The notes under the pieces: generated by a model
What the model was told of the DNA's origin: nothing
Seen by the model: the letters and a program-made list of their open reading frames with translations, nothing else
The model's database searches: none
NCBI GenBank assembly: GCA_963720375.1
Contig: CAVRFM010000002.1
Location: 66,008 to 130,007, forward strand
Reading direction: 5' to 3'
Source: an uncultured Chloroflexia bacterium
GTDB taxonomy: Bacteria; Chloroflexota; Dehalococcoidia; UBA2247; RBG-13-53-26
Length of the DNA: 64,000 nucleotides
In this document: positions 37,809 to 48,857 of the stretch, piece by piece
How the letters are laid out: every line of letters starts with the position of its first letter
Position numbering within the stretch: the first letter of the stretch is position 1
Program-made: the position numbers and the translations under genes

Positions 37809-38684
37809 ATGATTATCATCGGCGAGAATATACACATCATTTCAAAGGCCGTTTCCGCCGCCGTAAAGGAGCGAAACGCCAGAGCCATCCAGGATCTGGC
37901 CGTGGCGCAGGCGGAGGCCGGCGTTGATTACATCGATCTCAACCTCGGCCCGGCCAGAAAAGACCCCGAGGCCGCTGAGTGGCTGGTGAACACAGTTCAG
38001 GCGGTGACCGATCTGCCGCTGTCCGTCGATACTCTGAATCCGGCAGCGATGGAGGCCGGGCTCAAGGTCTGCCGGAAAAGGCCCCTGCTCAACTCCGCTT
38101 CCGGGAGAACTGACAGCAAGGAGAAGATGCTGCCCCTGGCCAGGAAATATAATACCGAACTTGTGCTCTCAGTGCTGACGGACAAGGGCTGCCCTGCGGA
38201 TGTTGAATCACGGCTGGAAAGCATCATGGGAACCATAGCCTATGCCAACGAGATGGGTATCCCCACCGAGGACATCTGGGTCGATCCCATCCTTTTGCCG
38301 GTCAGCGCCGACCAGAAACAGGTGGCCGAAGCCCTGGAGTTCATGAAGATATTGCCGGAGGCTGTCCCTGGCGCGAAATCAACACTGGGACTCTCCAACA
38401 TATCCAACGGGACGCCCGCAGAACTGAGGGGAATTCTCAACCGTACTTACATGATCATGCTGGGGAGAGCCGGGCAATACTCGGTGATCGCCGATGCGCT
38501 GGATAAGGAGCTGATGAGCCTCAATAGAGGCGAGATGCCTGATGTCGTCGATCTCATCTACAGAGTGATGGATGGAGAAGATATAGACCCGTCCTCTCTC
38601 TCAGCAAAGCTGCACGACTACGTGAAGACAACCCGGGTCCTTCTGGGCCACACGCTTTATTCGCATTCCTGGCTGGAGGACTGA
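37809..38684 (+). CDS. acsE: methyltetrahydrofolate:corrinoid/iron-sulfur protein Co-methyltransferase
   Basis: MIIIGENIHIISK..., LNLGPA, SVDTLNP, LLNSASG, VDPILLP and TLGLSNISNG match the pterin-binding AcsE family. Confidence 0.85.
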   Translation: MIIIGENIHIISKAVSAAVKERNARAIQDLAVAQAEAGVDYIDLNLGPARKDPEAAEWLVNTVQAVTDLPLSVDTLNPAAMEAGLKVCRKRPLLNSASGRTDSKEKMLPLARKYNTELVLSVLTDKGCPADVESRLESIMGTIAYANEMGIPTEDIWVDPILLPVSADQKQVAEALEFMKILPEAVPGAKSTLGLSNISNGTPAELRGILNRTYMIMLGRAGQYSVIADALDKELMSLNRGEMPDVVDLIYRVMDGEDIDPSSLSAKLHDYVKTTRVLLGHTLYSHSWLED

Positions 38685-38706
38685 GAGCGCCAAAGGAGAA
38701 ATCGGT

Positions 38707-39613
38707 ATGCAGTACAGAGCACCTATCGAGGCATATACAGGGACGGTCAGAGAGGTCACCATAGGAACAGGGGCTAAAGCCTTGAAGATCGGAGGGGAGA
38801 GTGCCCTTCCCTTTCACTATTTCGATCAGGGCTCCATCCCCAACCCCCCCAGGCTGGCCCTGGAAATGTATGACATGGAACCCAGAGATTGGGCAGAATC
38901 GGTGCTCCAGCCTTACAAGGATGTTGTCTCTGACCCCGTCAGGTGGGCCAGGAAGTGCGTTGATTACGGTGCCGATGCTGTCTGTCTTCAACTGGTGAGC
39001 ACGGACCCGACCGTGAAGGATACATCTCCGGAAGAGGCAGCAAAGCTCGCCAGAAGGGTGAGCCGAGGCCATACCGGTGCCCCTCATCGTCTATGGTTCC
39101 GGTGACGAGAAAAAGGATGTGCCCGTCTTGGCCAGGGTGGCCGAGGTGTGCCGGGGGGAGAACCTCCTCCTGGGACCGGCAGTCAAGGAAAACTACGAGG
39201 AGATCGCCAGGGCGGTTTCCGAACACGGACATGCGTTGATTGCTCAGACCCCTGTAGATATCAACCTCATGAAGGAGCTGAATATAAAGCTGTCCAAATT
39301 CTTCCCCCCGAACAGAATTGTCATTGACCCTTTGAGTTCAGCTTTGGGCTATGGCATGGAATACAGCTTCACCATAATGGAGAGGACAAAGCAGACCGGC
39401 GTGATCTATAAGGATGCCATGATGCAGATGCCTATGATCGCCAACCTGGGGGGCGAATGCTGGAAGACAAAGGAAGCCAGGGAAAACGAGAGGCAGGGGA
39501 TACTGTGGGAGGGGATGACAGCCATCTCTCTGCTGCTGACGGGAGCAAATCTCGTTGTTCTGAGACACCCTGAAACCCTGAAATTGGTCAGGCAGCTTAT
39601 GGCGGAGAGGTAA
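38707..39613 (+). pseudogene. acsD: corrinoid/iron-sulfur protein small subunit (AcsD/CdhD-like), interrupted by a +1 frameshift near 39060
   Basis: ORFs 38707..39105 and 39077..39613 together match AcsD: ...ALPFHYF..., RWARKCVDYGADAV, PLIVYGSGDEKKD, ENLLLG and VIDPLSSALGYGMEYSF. Removing the extra C in GTGAGCCGAGG joins ...ARRVSEAIPVPLIVYG. Confidence 0.8.
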
Positions 39614-39617
39614 AGGA

Positions 39618-41935
39618 ATGACGGAAGCGAAGGAAAAGAAGCAGAAGAAGACCAGGAAACAGCAGCAGGTTGAGAAGCTGATAAGGGCAGAGGATCAGTG
39701 GGAGCCGGTCGGGCATACCCCCATGCCGGACATCGCCGATCTGAGAAACTGGGATATGCGGCTGATGAAGACCTACCAGCCCTTCTACGCGCCTTTCTGC
39801 GATGTGTGCTGCTTCTGCACCTACGGTAAGTGCGACCTCACCTGTGGAAAGCGGGGGGCCTGCGGCATCGACATCGCCGGCCAGCAGGGGAGGTTCATCC
39901 TTCTGGCCTGCTGCATGGGGCTGTCTGCTCACGGCGCCCACGCCAGACACATCGTCGACCTTATGATTGAAAAGTACGGCGAGGACTACAAAATCGATCT
40001 GGGCAACAACGTCGCCGTTGAGGCACCCAACATCAGGACCGTGCTGGGGTTGAAACCGGAATCGCTGCGCGACCTGCGGACGGCGGTCGAGTATGTGGAG
40101 CGGCAGTTGATCCATCTGATTTCGGCGCTCAATACCGGTCAGGAGGGCAGCAACATAGATTATGAGTCCAAGGCCCTTCATGCCGGTATGCTGGACCATG
40201 TGGCTATGGAGATCGCCGATATCGCCCAGATCTCGGGATTCAAATACCCTACATCAGTGGCCGAGACCCCGCTGGTAGGCCTGGGCACCGCCTCCGTGGA
40301 TACCAGTAAACCCACTATTCTGGTGATCGGCCATAATCCCGCCTCTTCCGCCGCTATCATCGACTACCTCCGGAAGAACAGCCTCGACGATAAGGTGGAG
40401 TTGGGTGGTCTGTGCTGTACCGCTCACGAGGCGACCCGGTATTCGGATAAGGCCAGGGTGATCGGCCCCCTTTCCAGACAGCTCTACTACGTGAGAACCG
40501 GCATTGCCGATGTCATAGTGACCGATGAGCAGTGCATCAGGACCGACCTGGTAGAAGAAGCCAAGAAGGTGGACTCTGCCTTCATCGCCACCTCAGACAA
40601 AGCCTGCTACGGGCTTGAGGATGCCACCGAGATGGAGACGGATGACATAGTGAAGCAGATGCTGGAGCAGGGCAAGCAGTTCCTCATCCTCGACCATGAG
40701 AAGGCCGGTGAGGTGGCCGTGAGAGTGGCCCTGGCGCTGGCACCGAAGAGGAAGAAGGAGCTTCTAAGCGAAAAGGAGGCCCGGAGCTGGCCAAGAGGTG
40801 CGTGCAGTGCGGCATGTGCGAGAGGGTCTGCCCCAACATGCTCCTCATCGGTGAAGGGATCAGCCAGGTAGCCCTGGGGAATCTTGACGAACTGAGGAAT
40901 ATCTTCGACAAGTGCCTCGGCTGCGGCAAATGCGAGGAGGAATGTCCTCACGATGTGCCCATCTTCAAGATCATGCAGGTGGCTGCCAGCAAAGAGGCCT
41001 ACAAGATACGGGTCGGGCGCGGGCCCATTATGGATACCGAGATCAGGAACGTCGGGGCCCCCATAGTACTGGGAACCATCCCCGGCGTGGTGGCCTTCGT
41101 GGGCTGTTCCAGCTACCCGGATTTGAATGACCTTGTGGAGATGGCCGAGGAATTCGCTAAGAGAAAATACATCGTGGTCCTCAGCGGCTGTGCCGCCATG
41201 ACTGCCGGTATGAAGAAAGACGCCGAGGGACGGACCATCTATGAAAAGTACCCTGCCAGCTTTGACGCCGGTGGAGTGGTGAACGTGGGCTCCTGCGTGT
41301 CCAACGCCCACATCACCGGAGCCGCTATCAAGATAGCCAACATCTTCGCCAGCCTCCCCCTGAGGGCTAACTACGAGGTTATCGCCGACTACATTCTCAA
41401 CCGCGTGGGGGCTGTGGGGGTAGCTTGGGGGGCTTACTCCCAGAAGGCAGCCGCCATCGCCACCGGATGTAACCGGCTGGGGATTCCCGTGGTCCTGGGG
41501 CCTCACTCATCCAAGTACCGCCGGCTCTTCCTTTCCAGAAAGGAAGAGGATAACTGGACGGTAATGGACGGCAGAAAAGGGGAACTGGTAGATACCGGCG
41601 AGCCTTCTCCGGAGCACCTGGCCTATGTCACCGAGACAAAGGAGAGGGCTATGGTCGCTATCGCCAAGCTGTGCATCAGGAAGAACGATACGGCACAGGG
41701 AAGGGCACTGAAACTGAATCACTACATCTCCCTGTACAAGAAGTATATGGGCGGCGGGCTCCCGCCGGACCTGCACCTGTACGTCAGGACCGACAGAGAC
41801 CTTCCCATTGTATATAAGAAGGAAGCTGCAGCATACCTGAAGGAGGTGGGCTGGAAGCCGAAACCTGTCCTGACCCTCCCCACCCTGATAGGCACCTATC
41901 CCAGCAAAGTGCCCTTGGAGTCTGTCATTCACTAA
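39618..41935 (+). pseudogene. cdhA: archaeal-type CO dehydrogenase catalytic subunit (CdhA-like), interrupted by a frameshift near 40775-40800
   Basis: N-terminal Cys-rich FCDVCCFCTYGKCDLTCGKRGACGID. The second ORF starts with two ferredoxin motifs (CVQCGMCERVCP, CLGCGKCEEECP) followed by the C-cluster domain (VAFVGCSSYP, GSCVSNAH). The two ORFs overlap at 40802-40871 in different frames. Confidence 0.75.
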
Positions 41936-41952
41936 GAGAGGACGCGCATAGC

Positions 41953-42561
41953 ATGATTGAGGAATTCATCGCCGATACCGAGAAGCTTCTCGGCTACATA
42001 CACCGCATCGAGAGGGGCCAACTCGTCTGCATTGGACCCGCCAGAAGGCTGGTAAAGAAGCAGGGCCTGGGTATGGAGCAGCTCGAAGAGGCTATCCAGG
42101 CAGGCATGCGAAAAAGGATTTCCGCCTATCTCGAGAGCATCAGTGAGGGCGAAGACACCGAAATCTACGCTACCCTCATCAGAGAGCTGGGCAAAGAGCA
42201 TGATTTAGACATAGCCGAACTGGAAAAGAAGATACTACAGGCCATGAAAGACGCCGACTTCAGGAGGTTTGCCCGCTACATCAATATGATTGAGAACGAG
42301 AACATTCACCTCATAAGTAAGGCCAGAGCAATTCAAAGGAAATACCGGATAGCGGGCCATCGCCTGGATGAAGCCATCAGACAGGGTGAATCCGCCTATC
42401 TGCTCCGTAATATCAGGCAGATCAGGAAAGGCCCCCGATTCCATCCGCTTCTGCCCCGCGAAGAGATACTGCTGAGGAGAATCGCCAGGAAGTTAGGGTA
42501 CGAGGAAAAGCTTGAGGAAGCTATCAGGAAGTGGAGGGCTTTGAACTGTCACACTGAATGA
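41953..42561 (+). CDS. hypothetical helical protein within the Wood-Ljungdahl cluster
   Basis: 202 aa, strongly helical and charged, with no Cys motifs. The function cannot be assigned from sequence. Confidence 0.45.
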   Translation: MIEEFIADTEKLLGYIHRIERGQLVCIGPARRLVKKQGLGMEQLEEAIQAGMRKRISAYLESISEGEDTEIYATLIRELGKEHDLDIAELEKKILQAMKDADFRRFARYINMIENENIHLISKARAIQRKYRIAGHRLDEAIRQGESAYLLRNIRQIRKGPRFHPLLPREEILLRRIARKLGYEEKLEEAIRKWRALNCHTE

Positions 42562-42621
42562 CAGCAGGACATCCTGGGGTTTTCTCCCCGGGTCAGCCAG
42601 GAGAAAAGAGGAGGAAAGTAT

Positions 42622-43083
42622 TTGGCTGGAATCTCAGAGCTGGTGAAAAGGGTGGCGGTGGACAAATACCACAGAGACAGGGATATGCTGATCCAGATCC
42701 TGCTGGACCTGCAGGGTGGCCTCGGCTGGCTGCCCGCGGAAGTGATGGCAGAGGTGAGCCGGCAGTTGAGAGTACCCATAGCCCGCGTGTATCAGGTGGC
42801 CAGCTTCTACAAGGCTTTCAGCTTCTCTCCCAGGGGCCGTCACACAGTGACAGTATGCCTGGGGACTGCCTGCCAGGTACGGGGTGCGCCGAGGCTCCTG
42901 GATAGAACTACAGACAAGCTCAAGCTGGCACCGGGAGAGACATCGGCAGATATGCGTTTCAGCCTGGATACTGTCAATTGCCTCGGCTGCTGTGCTCTGG
43001 GGCCAGTCATCGTCATAGACGGGAAGTACCACAGCAAACCTTCAACTTCGGAACTGGAGCACTTGTTTGATGCAGCGAAATAA
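42622..43083 (+). CDS. NuoE/HndA-like [2Fe-2S] thioredoxin-fold subunit
   Basis: The conserved cysteines (CLGTAC...CLGCC) and length match the 24-kDa NuoE family. Confidence 0.8.
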   Translation: MAGISELVKRVAVDKYHRDRDMLIQILLDLQGGLGWLPAEVMAEVSRQLRVPIARVYQVASFYKAFSFSPRGRHTVTVCLGTACQVRGAPRLLDRTTDKLKLAPGETSADMRFSLDTVNCLGCCALGPVIVIDGKYHSKPSTSELEHLFDAAK

Positions 43084-43093
43084 GAGAGGAGAC

Positions 43094-45016
43094 ATGCCCG
43101 CTAAACTTCCCTCGCCGGAGGCACTGGAGACACTGCGAAAGGGCATACTGTCCGGAAGGGATCCCCTGAAGACCGGCATTACTGTCTGCGCCGGCACCGG
43201 TTGCCAGACCTATGGCGCCAGGGATGTCTTCGAAGCCCTCGTGGAGGAAGTCAAGAATCAGGGATTGGCAGACAGGATAGAGGTCAAGGCTACCGGCTGC
43301 CACGGGTTCTGCGAAAAGGGCGTTATCGTCGTTACCTCCCCCGATGAGGTCGCCTACGTCAAGGTGAAGCATGAAGATGTCCCCGAAGTGGTCAGCGCCG
43401 TGGCCGGGAAGCGTATCGTGGAGCGCCTCCTCTACAGTGATCCTTCGACAGGCAAGAGGATTGCCAAGGAATCAGACATTCCTTTCTATAAGAATCAGAC
43501 CCGCATCGTCTTCGGCAACAACAAACGCATCGACCCCCAAAATATAGACGATTACATTGCCCTGGGCGGATACAGCGCCCTGGCTAAAGCCCTGTTCCGC
43601 ATGAAGCCGGAAGAGGTGCTGGAAGAGGTCAAAAGGGCCAATCTGAGGGGCAGGGGCGGAGGAGGGTTTCCGACAGGCAGAAAGTGGGAGGAGACCAGGA
43701 ATGCTCCCGGCAGCATCAAGTACGTCATAGTGAACTGCGATGAGGGCGACCCCGGGGCCTACATGGACCGGTCGCTGATGGAAGGAAACCCGCACAGTGT
43801 GCTGGAAGGGCTTATCATCGGGGCTTATGCCATAGGTTCTCACCAGGGATTCTTCTACGTTCGCCAGGAATATCCTCTGGCCTGCGAGAATCTGAACCTC
43901 GCCATAGAGCAAGCCAGGGAATATGGTCTTCTCGGGGAAAACATCCTCGGCTCCGGATTCAACTTCGCTGTGAAAGTGCACCGTGGTGCCGGAGCCTTTG
44001 TATCCGGAGAATCCAGCGCCCTCATGAGTGCCATCGAAGGAAAAGTAGGCGAACCGAGGATGAAATATGTCCACACCGCAGTCAGCGGGATAAAGGGAAG
44101 GCCATCGAATCTGAACAATGTGGAGACCTGGGCCACTGTCCCGCTCATCATAGAGAAGGGTGCAGAATGGTTCCGCTCCATAGGGACAGACGGCAGCAAG
44201 GGAACCAAGATATTCTCCCTGGTAGGAAAGGTGAACAACACCGGTCTGGTGGAAGTGCCTATGGGCATGACTCTCAGGCAGGTAATCTATGATGTCGGCG
44301 GAGGGATACTGGGCGGGAAGAGGTTCAAGGGAGTCCAGACCGGCGGGCCTTCGGGCGGCATAATCCCTGAAAAGTACCTCGACACGCCCATCGACTTTGA
44401 TGCGCTGACCAGGCTCGGCTCCATGATGGGGTCCGGCGGCATGGTGGTCATGGATGAAGATACCTGCATGGTGGACGTCGCCAGATACTTCATCGACTTC
44501 CTGTGCGGCGAGTCCTGCGGCAAATGTATTCCCTGCCGCGAGGGTCTCCGTCTCCTGAGGAAGGTTTTGACCGATATCTGCCACGGAGACGGAAAGCCCG
44601 GTGACATAGAGTTGATTGAGGAGGTAGCCGAAGTGATGGCAGATGCTTCCCTTTGTGCCCTGGGAACCACGGCTGCCAATCCCGTCCTGACAACACTGAA
44701 ATACTTCAGAGACGAATATGAAGCCCACCTGAAGGAGAAGCGCTGCCCGGCCAGGTTCTGCAAGGCCCTGACCTCATACTACATTGACCCCGCCAGGTGT
44801 TCGGCCTGCCTCATCTGTTTGAGAAATTGCCCTGCCGGGGCGGTCAACGGTGCCAAGGGCGAAATACACTGGATCAACCAGGAGAAATGCACCCGGTGCG
44901 GCGTATGTTTTGACGTTTGCCCGCCGCGCTTCAGCGCTGTGGTGAAAATTTCAGGCGAAACCCTACCACCACCTCCACCACCAGGAACCATGGTCAGCCG
45001 CAAGAAAGAGGCATAG
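43094..45016 (+). CDS. NuoF/HndC-like NAD(P)H-binding flavoprotein with N-terminal 2Fe-2S domain and C-terminal 2x[4Fe-4S]
   Basis: ATG 43094 with an AGAGGAG RBS. GRGGGGFPTGRKWE FMN/NADH motif. ESCGKCIPCREG N3 cluster. C-terminal CxxCxxCxxxCP motifs. Confidence 0.85.
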   Translation: MPAKLPSPEALETLRKGILSGRDPLKTGITVCAGTGCQTYGARDVFEALVEEVKNQGLADRIEVKATGCHGFCEKGVIVVTSPDEVAYVKVKHEDVPEVVSAVAGKRIVERLLYSDPSTGKRIAKESDIPFYKNQTRIVFGNNKRIDPQNIDDYIALGGYSALAKALFRMKPEEVLEEVKRANLRGRGGGGFPTGRKWEETRNAPGSIKYVIVNCDEGDPGAYMDRSLMEGNPHSVLEGLIIGAYAIGSHQGFFYVRQEYPLACENLNLAIEQAREYGLLGENILGSGFNFAVKVHRGAGAFVSGESSALMSAIEGKVGEPRMKYVHTAVSGIKGRPSNLNNVETWATVPLIIEKGAEWFRSIGTDGSKGTKIFSLVGKVNNTGLVEVPMGMTLRQVIYDVGGGILGGKRFKGVQTGGPSGGIIPEKYLDTPIDFDALTRLGSMMGSGGMVVMDEDTCMVDVARYFIDFLCGESCGKCIPCREGLRLLRKVLTDICHGDGKPGDIELIEEVAEVMADASLCALGTTAANPVLTTLKYFRDEYEAHLKEKRCPARFCKALTSYYIDPARCSACLICLRNCPAGAVNGAKGEIHWINQEKCTRCGVCFDVCPPRFSAVVKISGETLPPPPPPGTMVSRKKEA

Positions 45017-45017
45017 G

Positions 45018-45653
45018 ATGGCAGAAATGATCACTCTGGTCATAGATGGCAAGCAGGTAGAAGCCGGGCAGGGAGCTACTATCCTGCAGGCAGCCAGAGC
45101 AGCCGGCATCGATATACCAACGCTGTGCGTACACCAAAAACTGCTGCCCTACGGGGCCTGCCGCATCTGCAGCGTGGAGGCTGAGAAGAATGGCCGGGTC
45201 CGCGTGGTAGCGTCCTGTGGCTATCCTGTCGAAGAAGGTCTGACTGTGAGAACCCGCAGCCCCAGGATAGACAGGATACGGAAGCTCCTTCTCGAACTGG
45301 TGGCCCCTCAGGCAATGTTCCAGGAGAATGTCGGCGGTGAGCTGAGGAGGCTGGCCGATGAATACGGGGCTGACATCCACCGCTTCGAGTCCCGACTCAA
45401 TGCCAAATCAAACAGGTGTATCCTCTGCGGCCTCTGTGTCCGCTACTGCGAAGAGGTTGTCGGCGCCCCGGCGATAGGCTTCGTCGGAAGGGGGATCGAG
45501 CGAAGAGTGGTCTTCTACCCCGATATAGCCAGGAGAGTCTTTGCCGGCGGTATGGAGTGGGCTGAAGTCTGTCCCACAGGCAAGATAGGCGCTGAATCGG
45601 ATGGCACCTATTTTGGCTTCACCGTTGAGGACTTCCTGGCGGGCAGGCTATGA
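45018..45653 (+). CDS. [2Fe-2S]/[4Fe-4S] ferredoxin-domain protein (NuoG/HndD N-terminal-like)
   Basis: 2Fe-2S ferredoxin pattern (C...CRIC...C) plus CILCGLCVRYC. Confidence 0.7.
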   Translation: MAEMITLVIDGKQVEAGQGATILQAARAAGIDIPTLCVHQKLLPYGACRICSVEAEKNGRVRVVASCGYPVEEGLTVRTRSPRIDRIRKLLLELVAPQAMFQENVGGELRRLADEYGADIHRFESRLNAKSNRCILCGLCVRYCEEVVGAPAIGFVGRGIERRVVFYPDIARRVFAGGMEWAEVCPTGKIGAESDGTYFGFTVEDFLAGRL

Positions 45654-45676
45654 GCAGTTAGTGAAGGAGAGGGAAA

Positions 45677-46228
45677 ATGGTTATGCCGCTTCATCGGGTG
45701 AACGTACTTACCGGGACCAAGTCCGCCATCATTCTTGATGATGCCGCCGAGTATGCCGCGTTGATCCGGCAGGCCAGACGTCCCCTCCTGGTGCTGGGCC
45801 CCAGGCTATTAGAGAGTTCGCTGGGTGGGAAAACCCTCTTACAGTACGCTCTGGAGATAGCCAGGGCAGGCAGCATCCCCGTATGTGCCACGGCACACGT
45901 GAAAGGGAAGATGACGGAACTCGGCGTGAAGCCGGACAGCGAATACGATGCGGTGGAAATAGCCAACCATCTCAAGGACCCGGATTGGCGAGGAGTGAAA
46001 AAGGAGGGGAACCACGACCTGGTGATCTTCTTCGGTTTCAGGACTGACCTCGGCAACCAGGTGCTCTCCACCTTGAAGCATTTTGCCCCCCACCTCAGGA
46101 CCATGACTCTCTGCAAGTACGTCTTCCCCAACGCCGATTACTCCCTCCCCAACTTCAGGAAAGACGAAGACTGGAGGGAATTCCTCGATGAATTAATATA
46201 TAATCTCAAAGAAGGTAAAGAGGGTTAA
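45677..46228 (+). CDS. cdhB: probable CO dehydrogenase/acetyl-CoA synthase epsilon subunit (CdhB-like, DHS-like Rossmann fold)
   Basis: 183 aa with alpha/beta character and RRPLLVLGPRLLESS. It lies directly upstream of cdhC. The assignment is partly by position. Confidence 0.5.
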   Translation: MVMPLHRVNVLTGTKSAIILDDAAEYAALIRQARRPLLVLGPRLLESSLGGKTLLQYALEIARAGSIPVCATAHVKGKMTELGVKPDSEYDAVEIANHLKDPDWRGVKKEGNHDLVIFFGFRTDLGNQVLSTLKHFAPHLRTMTLCKYVFPNADYSLPNFRKDEDWREFLDELIYNLKEGKEG

Positions 46229-46231
46229 GAG

Positions 46232-47461
46232 ATGGATTTCCACGTTGACATTGGGCCTCAGTACGAGGGTGAGACGATCAGAAAAGAGGATATGTATGTC
46301 GAATTCGGCGGGCCGAAGGCCGCTGCCAAATTCGAGCTGGTCACCATGAAGAGGCCGGATGAGGTAGAGCATGAAAAGGTAGAGGTGGTTGGCCCCGACA
46401 TCAAGGACATGCGGGAAGGCAGCAGCCAGCCACTGGCCATTATGGTTGACATCGCCGGAGAGAAACTGGAAAAGGATATGGAGCCTGTGATCGAGAGAAG
46501 GCTACACATGTATGCCAATTACATCGAAGGCATCTACCATATGAACCAGAGGAACGACATCTGGATAAGGTTGAGCAAGTCTGCCTTCGCCAAAGGGTTT
46601 AATTCCCTGAAGGAGTTCGGCGAGATACTCATCTTCCTCTTCACTTCGGAACTGTCTGTCATTGAGAAAATATCCGTCACTTTTATTACCGATGAGAAGA
46701 AAGTACAGGAGTTGCTGCCGCAAGCCCTGAAGGTCTATCAGGCCCGTGACGAGAGGTTGAAAGGTCTGAGAGAGGAAGACGTCGATGTCTTCTACGGCTG
46801 TATCCTCTGTCAGAGCTTTGCCCCGACTCACTGCTGCCTGATCACTCCTGAGAGGGTGGCCAATTGCGGCGCCATAAACTGGTTTGACGGCAGGGCTGCC
46901 TCGAAGCTCGACCCTGAAGGGCCTATCTTCGAGGTCCAGAAGGGCGATCTCATCGATCCGGTGAGAGGGGAATACAGCGGACTGAACCAGGTTGTGGCCG
47001 AGAGGTCATTGGGGCAATACAGTCAGGTCTATCTGCACAGCGCCTTTGAGCATCCCCACACCTCCTGCGGCTGCTTTCAGGCCATTCTTTTCTATATCCC
47101 CGAAGTGGACGCCTTCGGCATTGTGCACCGGGATTTCGTCGGACAGACGGTCATCGGGCAGACCTTTTCACAGATAGCCGGGGCAGCCTCCGGCGGACGG
47201 CAGGTGGAGGGCCTCTGTGGAATAGCGCTGGAGCTTATCCGGTCTCCCAAGTTCTTCCAGGCCGACGGCGGACTCCGCAGAGTAGTCTGGATGCCCAGGG
47301 TGATCAAGGAACGGTACAGGGAGGCCATACCCGAGGACGTCTACGACAAGATAGCCACAGAAGAGACCGCCAAGGACACCGCCGAACTAATGGAATTCCT
47401 GGAGAAGGTGGGGCATCCCTGGATCAAGGGTGAGGTGGTGCTCCCCATATTGACCGGATAG
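46232..47461 (+). CDS. cdhC: acetyl-CoA synthase catalytic subunit, archaeal-type (CdhC/AcsB core without the N-terminal domain)
   Basis: A-cluster ligands: CILCQSFAPTHCC...C for the [4Fe-4S] cluster and CGC (HTSCGCF) bridging the Ni sites. Confidence 0.85.
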   Translation: MDFHVDIGPQYEGETIRKEDMYVEFGGPKAAAKFELVTMKRPDEVEHEKVEVVGPDIKDMREGSSQPLAIMVDIAGEKLEKDMEPVIERRLHMYANYIEGIYHMNQRNDIWIRLSKSAFAKGFNSLKEFGEILIFLFTSELSVIEKISVTFITDEKKVQELLPQALKVYQARDERLKGLREEDVDVFYGCILCQSFAPTHCCLITPERVANCGAINWFDGRAASKLDPEGPIFEVQKGDLIDPVRGEYSGLNQVVAERSLGQYSQVYLHSAFEHPHTSCGCFQAILFYIPEVDAFGIVHRDFVGQTVIGQTFSQIAGAASGGRQVEGLCGIALELIRSPKFFQADGGLRRVVWMPRVIKERYREAIPEDVYDKIATEETAKDTAELMEFLEKVGHPWIKGEVVLPILTG

Positions 47462-47480
47462 GCCGGACAAGACATCTGCT

Positions 47481-48848
47481 ATGGCAATCAAAGGAACTGA
47501 CCTCGTCAAGAAGCTACCCGAGTTGGGTAAGAAGAACTGCAAAGAATGCGGCTTCCCTACCTGTTTCGCCTTCGCCATGAAGCTGGCTTCGGGAGGGACC
47601 ACACTGGATAAATGCCCCTATCTTTCAGCGGAGGTGAGAGCAGCGCTGGAGGATGCTCTGGCCCCGGCCATCAAACTGGTCACCATCGGTTCCGGCAAGA
47701 ATGCTCTGCAAATCGGGAATGAAGAGGTAGTCTATCGACATGAGAAGTCCTTCATTCACCCCACCGGCATTGCCCTTCTCGTCGCCGACAGTGACTCCGA
47801 TGCAGTTGTAGAGCAGAAGATCAAAGGAATAAAGGAACTGCAGTTCGAAAGGGTCGGCCTGACCCTCAAAGCCGACCTCCTGGCCCTGAAGTTCGCATCC
47901 GGAGATAAGGCAAAGTTCCTGGGTCTGGTGAAGAAGGTCTGCAGCAATACAGATGTCGGTTTGCTTCTGATCTCAGAAGACCCGGAAGCGCTCTTCGCCG
48001 CCCGGGATATCTGTGGCGACAGGAAGCCTCTCCTCTATCCTATAACCGGGGAAAACATAGACCAGGCTATTCCCAGGATCAAGCAAAATCCCGCCCCGCT
48101 GGGTGTTAAGGCGGCCAGCGTGGAAGAGCTGGTCCCGCTGACCTCCAGATTGAAGGCCGAGAAGCTCGATGACCTGGTCTTGGATCCGGGCTCCACAAAC
48201 CTCATGGAAGGCATCCGGGATCAAACATTGCTCCGGCGGGCGGCAGTGAAGCAAAGCTTCAGACCCCTGGGCTACCCCACGATAGCCTTCCCCTGTTCTA
48301 TGACCGGTGATAGGCTGAAGGAATCGCTCATTGCCGCGGCGTTCATAGTCAAATATGCCTCTATAGTAGTCCTTTCTGACCTTGATAAACATACACTCCT
48401 GCCACTGCTGCTGGAGCGGCTCAACATCTATACCGATCCGCGGATGCCGCTGTCGGTAGAAGAGAAGTTCTACGAGATCGGCAATCCCAACCAGGATTCC
48501 CCGGTTCTCGTCACCTCCAATTGGGCCCTGACATACTTCATTGTGTCTTCGGAAGTTGAAAGCAGCAGAGTCCCGTCCTTCCTCTGTGTCAAGAATACGG
48601 AAGGCCTGGGGGTGCTCACCGGTTGGGCAGCAGGCAAGTTCACCGGCGATAGCATCGGCCCCTTCATCAAGAAATGCGGCATAGAGCAAAGGACGAAGAC
48701 GAGGACATTGGTAATCCCCGGAAGGGTGGCCAGGATCAAAGGCGAGCTCGAGGAAGCTTTGCCAGGCTGGAAGATTGTGGTGGGGCCCAGAGAAGCCAGT
48801 GAAATTCCCGCTTTCCTGCCCGGCTTCGCCGCCAGCCTGAAGCAATAG
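47481..48848 (+). CDS. acsC: corrinoid/iron-sulfur protein large subunit (AcsC/CdhE)
   Basis: N-terminal CKECGFPTC...CP [4Fe-4S] motif, a TIM-barrel region and a C-terminal B12-binding-like domain. Confidence 0.85.
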   Translation: MAIKGTDLVKKLPELGKKNCKECGFPTCFAFAMKLASGGTTLDKCPYLSAEVRAALEDALAPAIKLVTIGSGKNALQIGNEEVVYRHEKSFIHPTGIALLVADSDSDAVVEQKIKGIKELQFERVGLTLKADLLALKFASGDKAKFLGLVKKVCSNTDVGLLLISEDPEALFAARDICGDRKPLLYPITGENIDQAIPRIKQNPAPLGVKAASVEELVPLTSRLKAEKLDDLVLDPGSTNLMEGIRDQTLLRRAAVKQSFRPLGYPTIAFPCSMTGDRLKESLIAAAFIVKYASIVVLSDLDKHTLLPLLLERLNIYTDPRMPLSVEEKFYEIGNPNQDSPVLVTSNWALTYFIVSSEVESSRVPSFLCVKNTEGLGVLTGWAAGKFTGDSIGPFIKKCGIEQRTKTRTLVIPGRVARIKGELEEALPGWKIVVGPREASEIPAFLPGFAASLKQ

Positions 48849-48857
48849 TGGGATAAC

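Noticed and set aside
40607-41506. 299-aa minus-strand ORF
   Set aside because: Antisense to cdhA.
43472-44728. 418-aa minus-strand ORF
   Set aside because: Antisense to the NuoF-like gene. The composition is just the reverse-complement of a GC-rich coding region.
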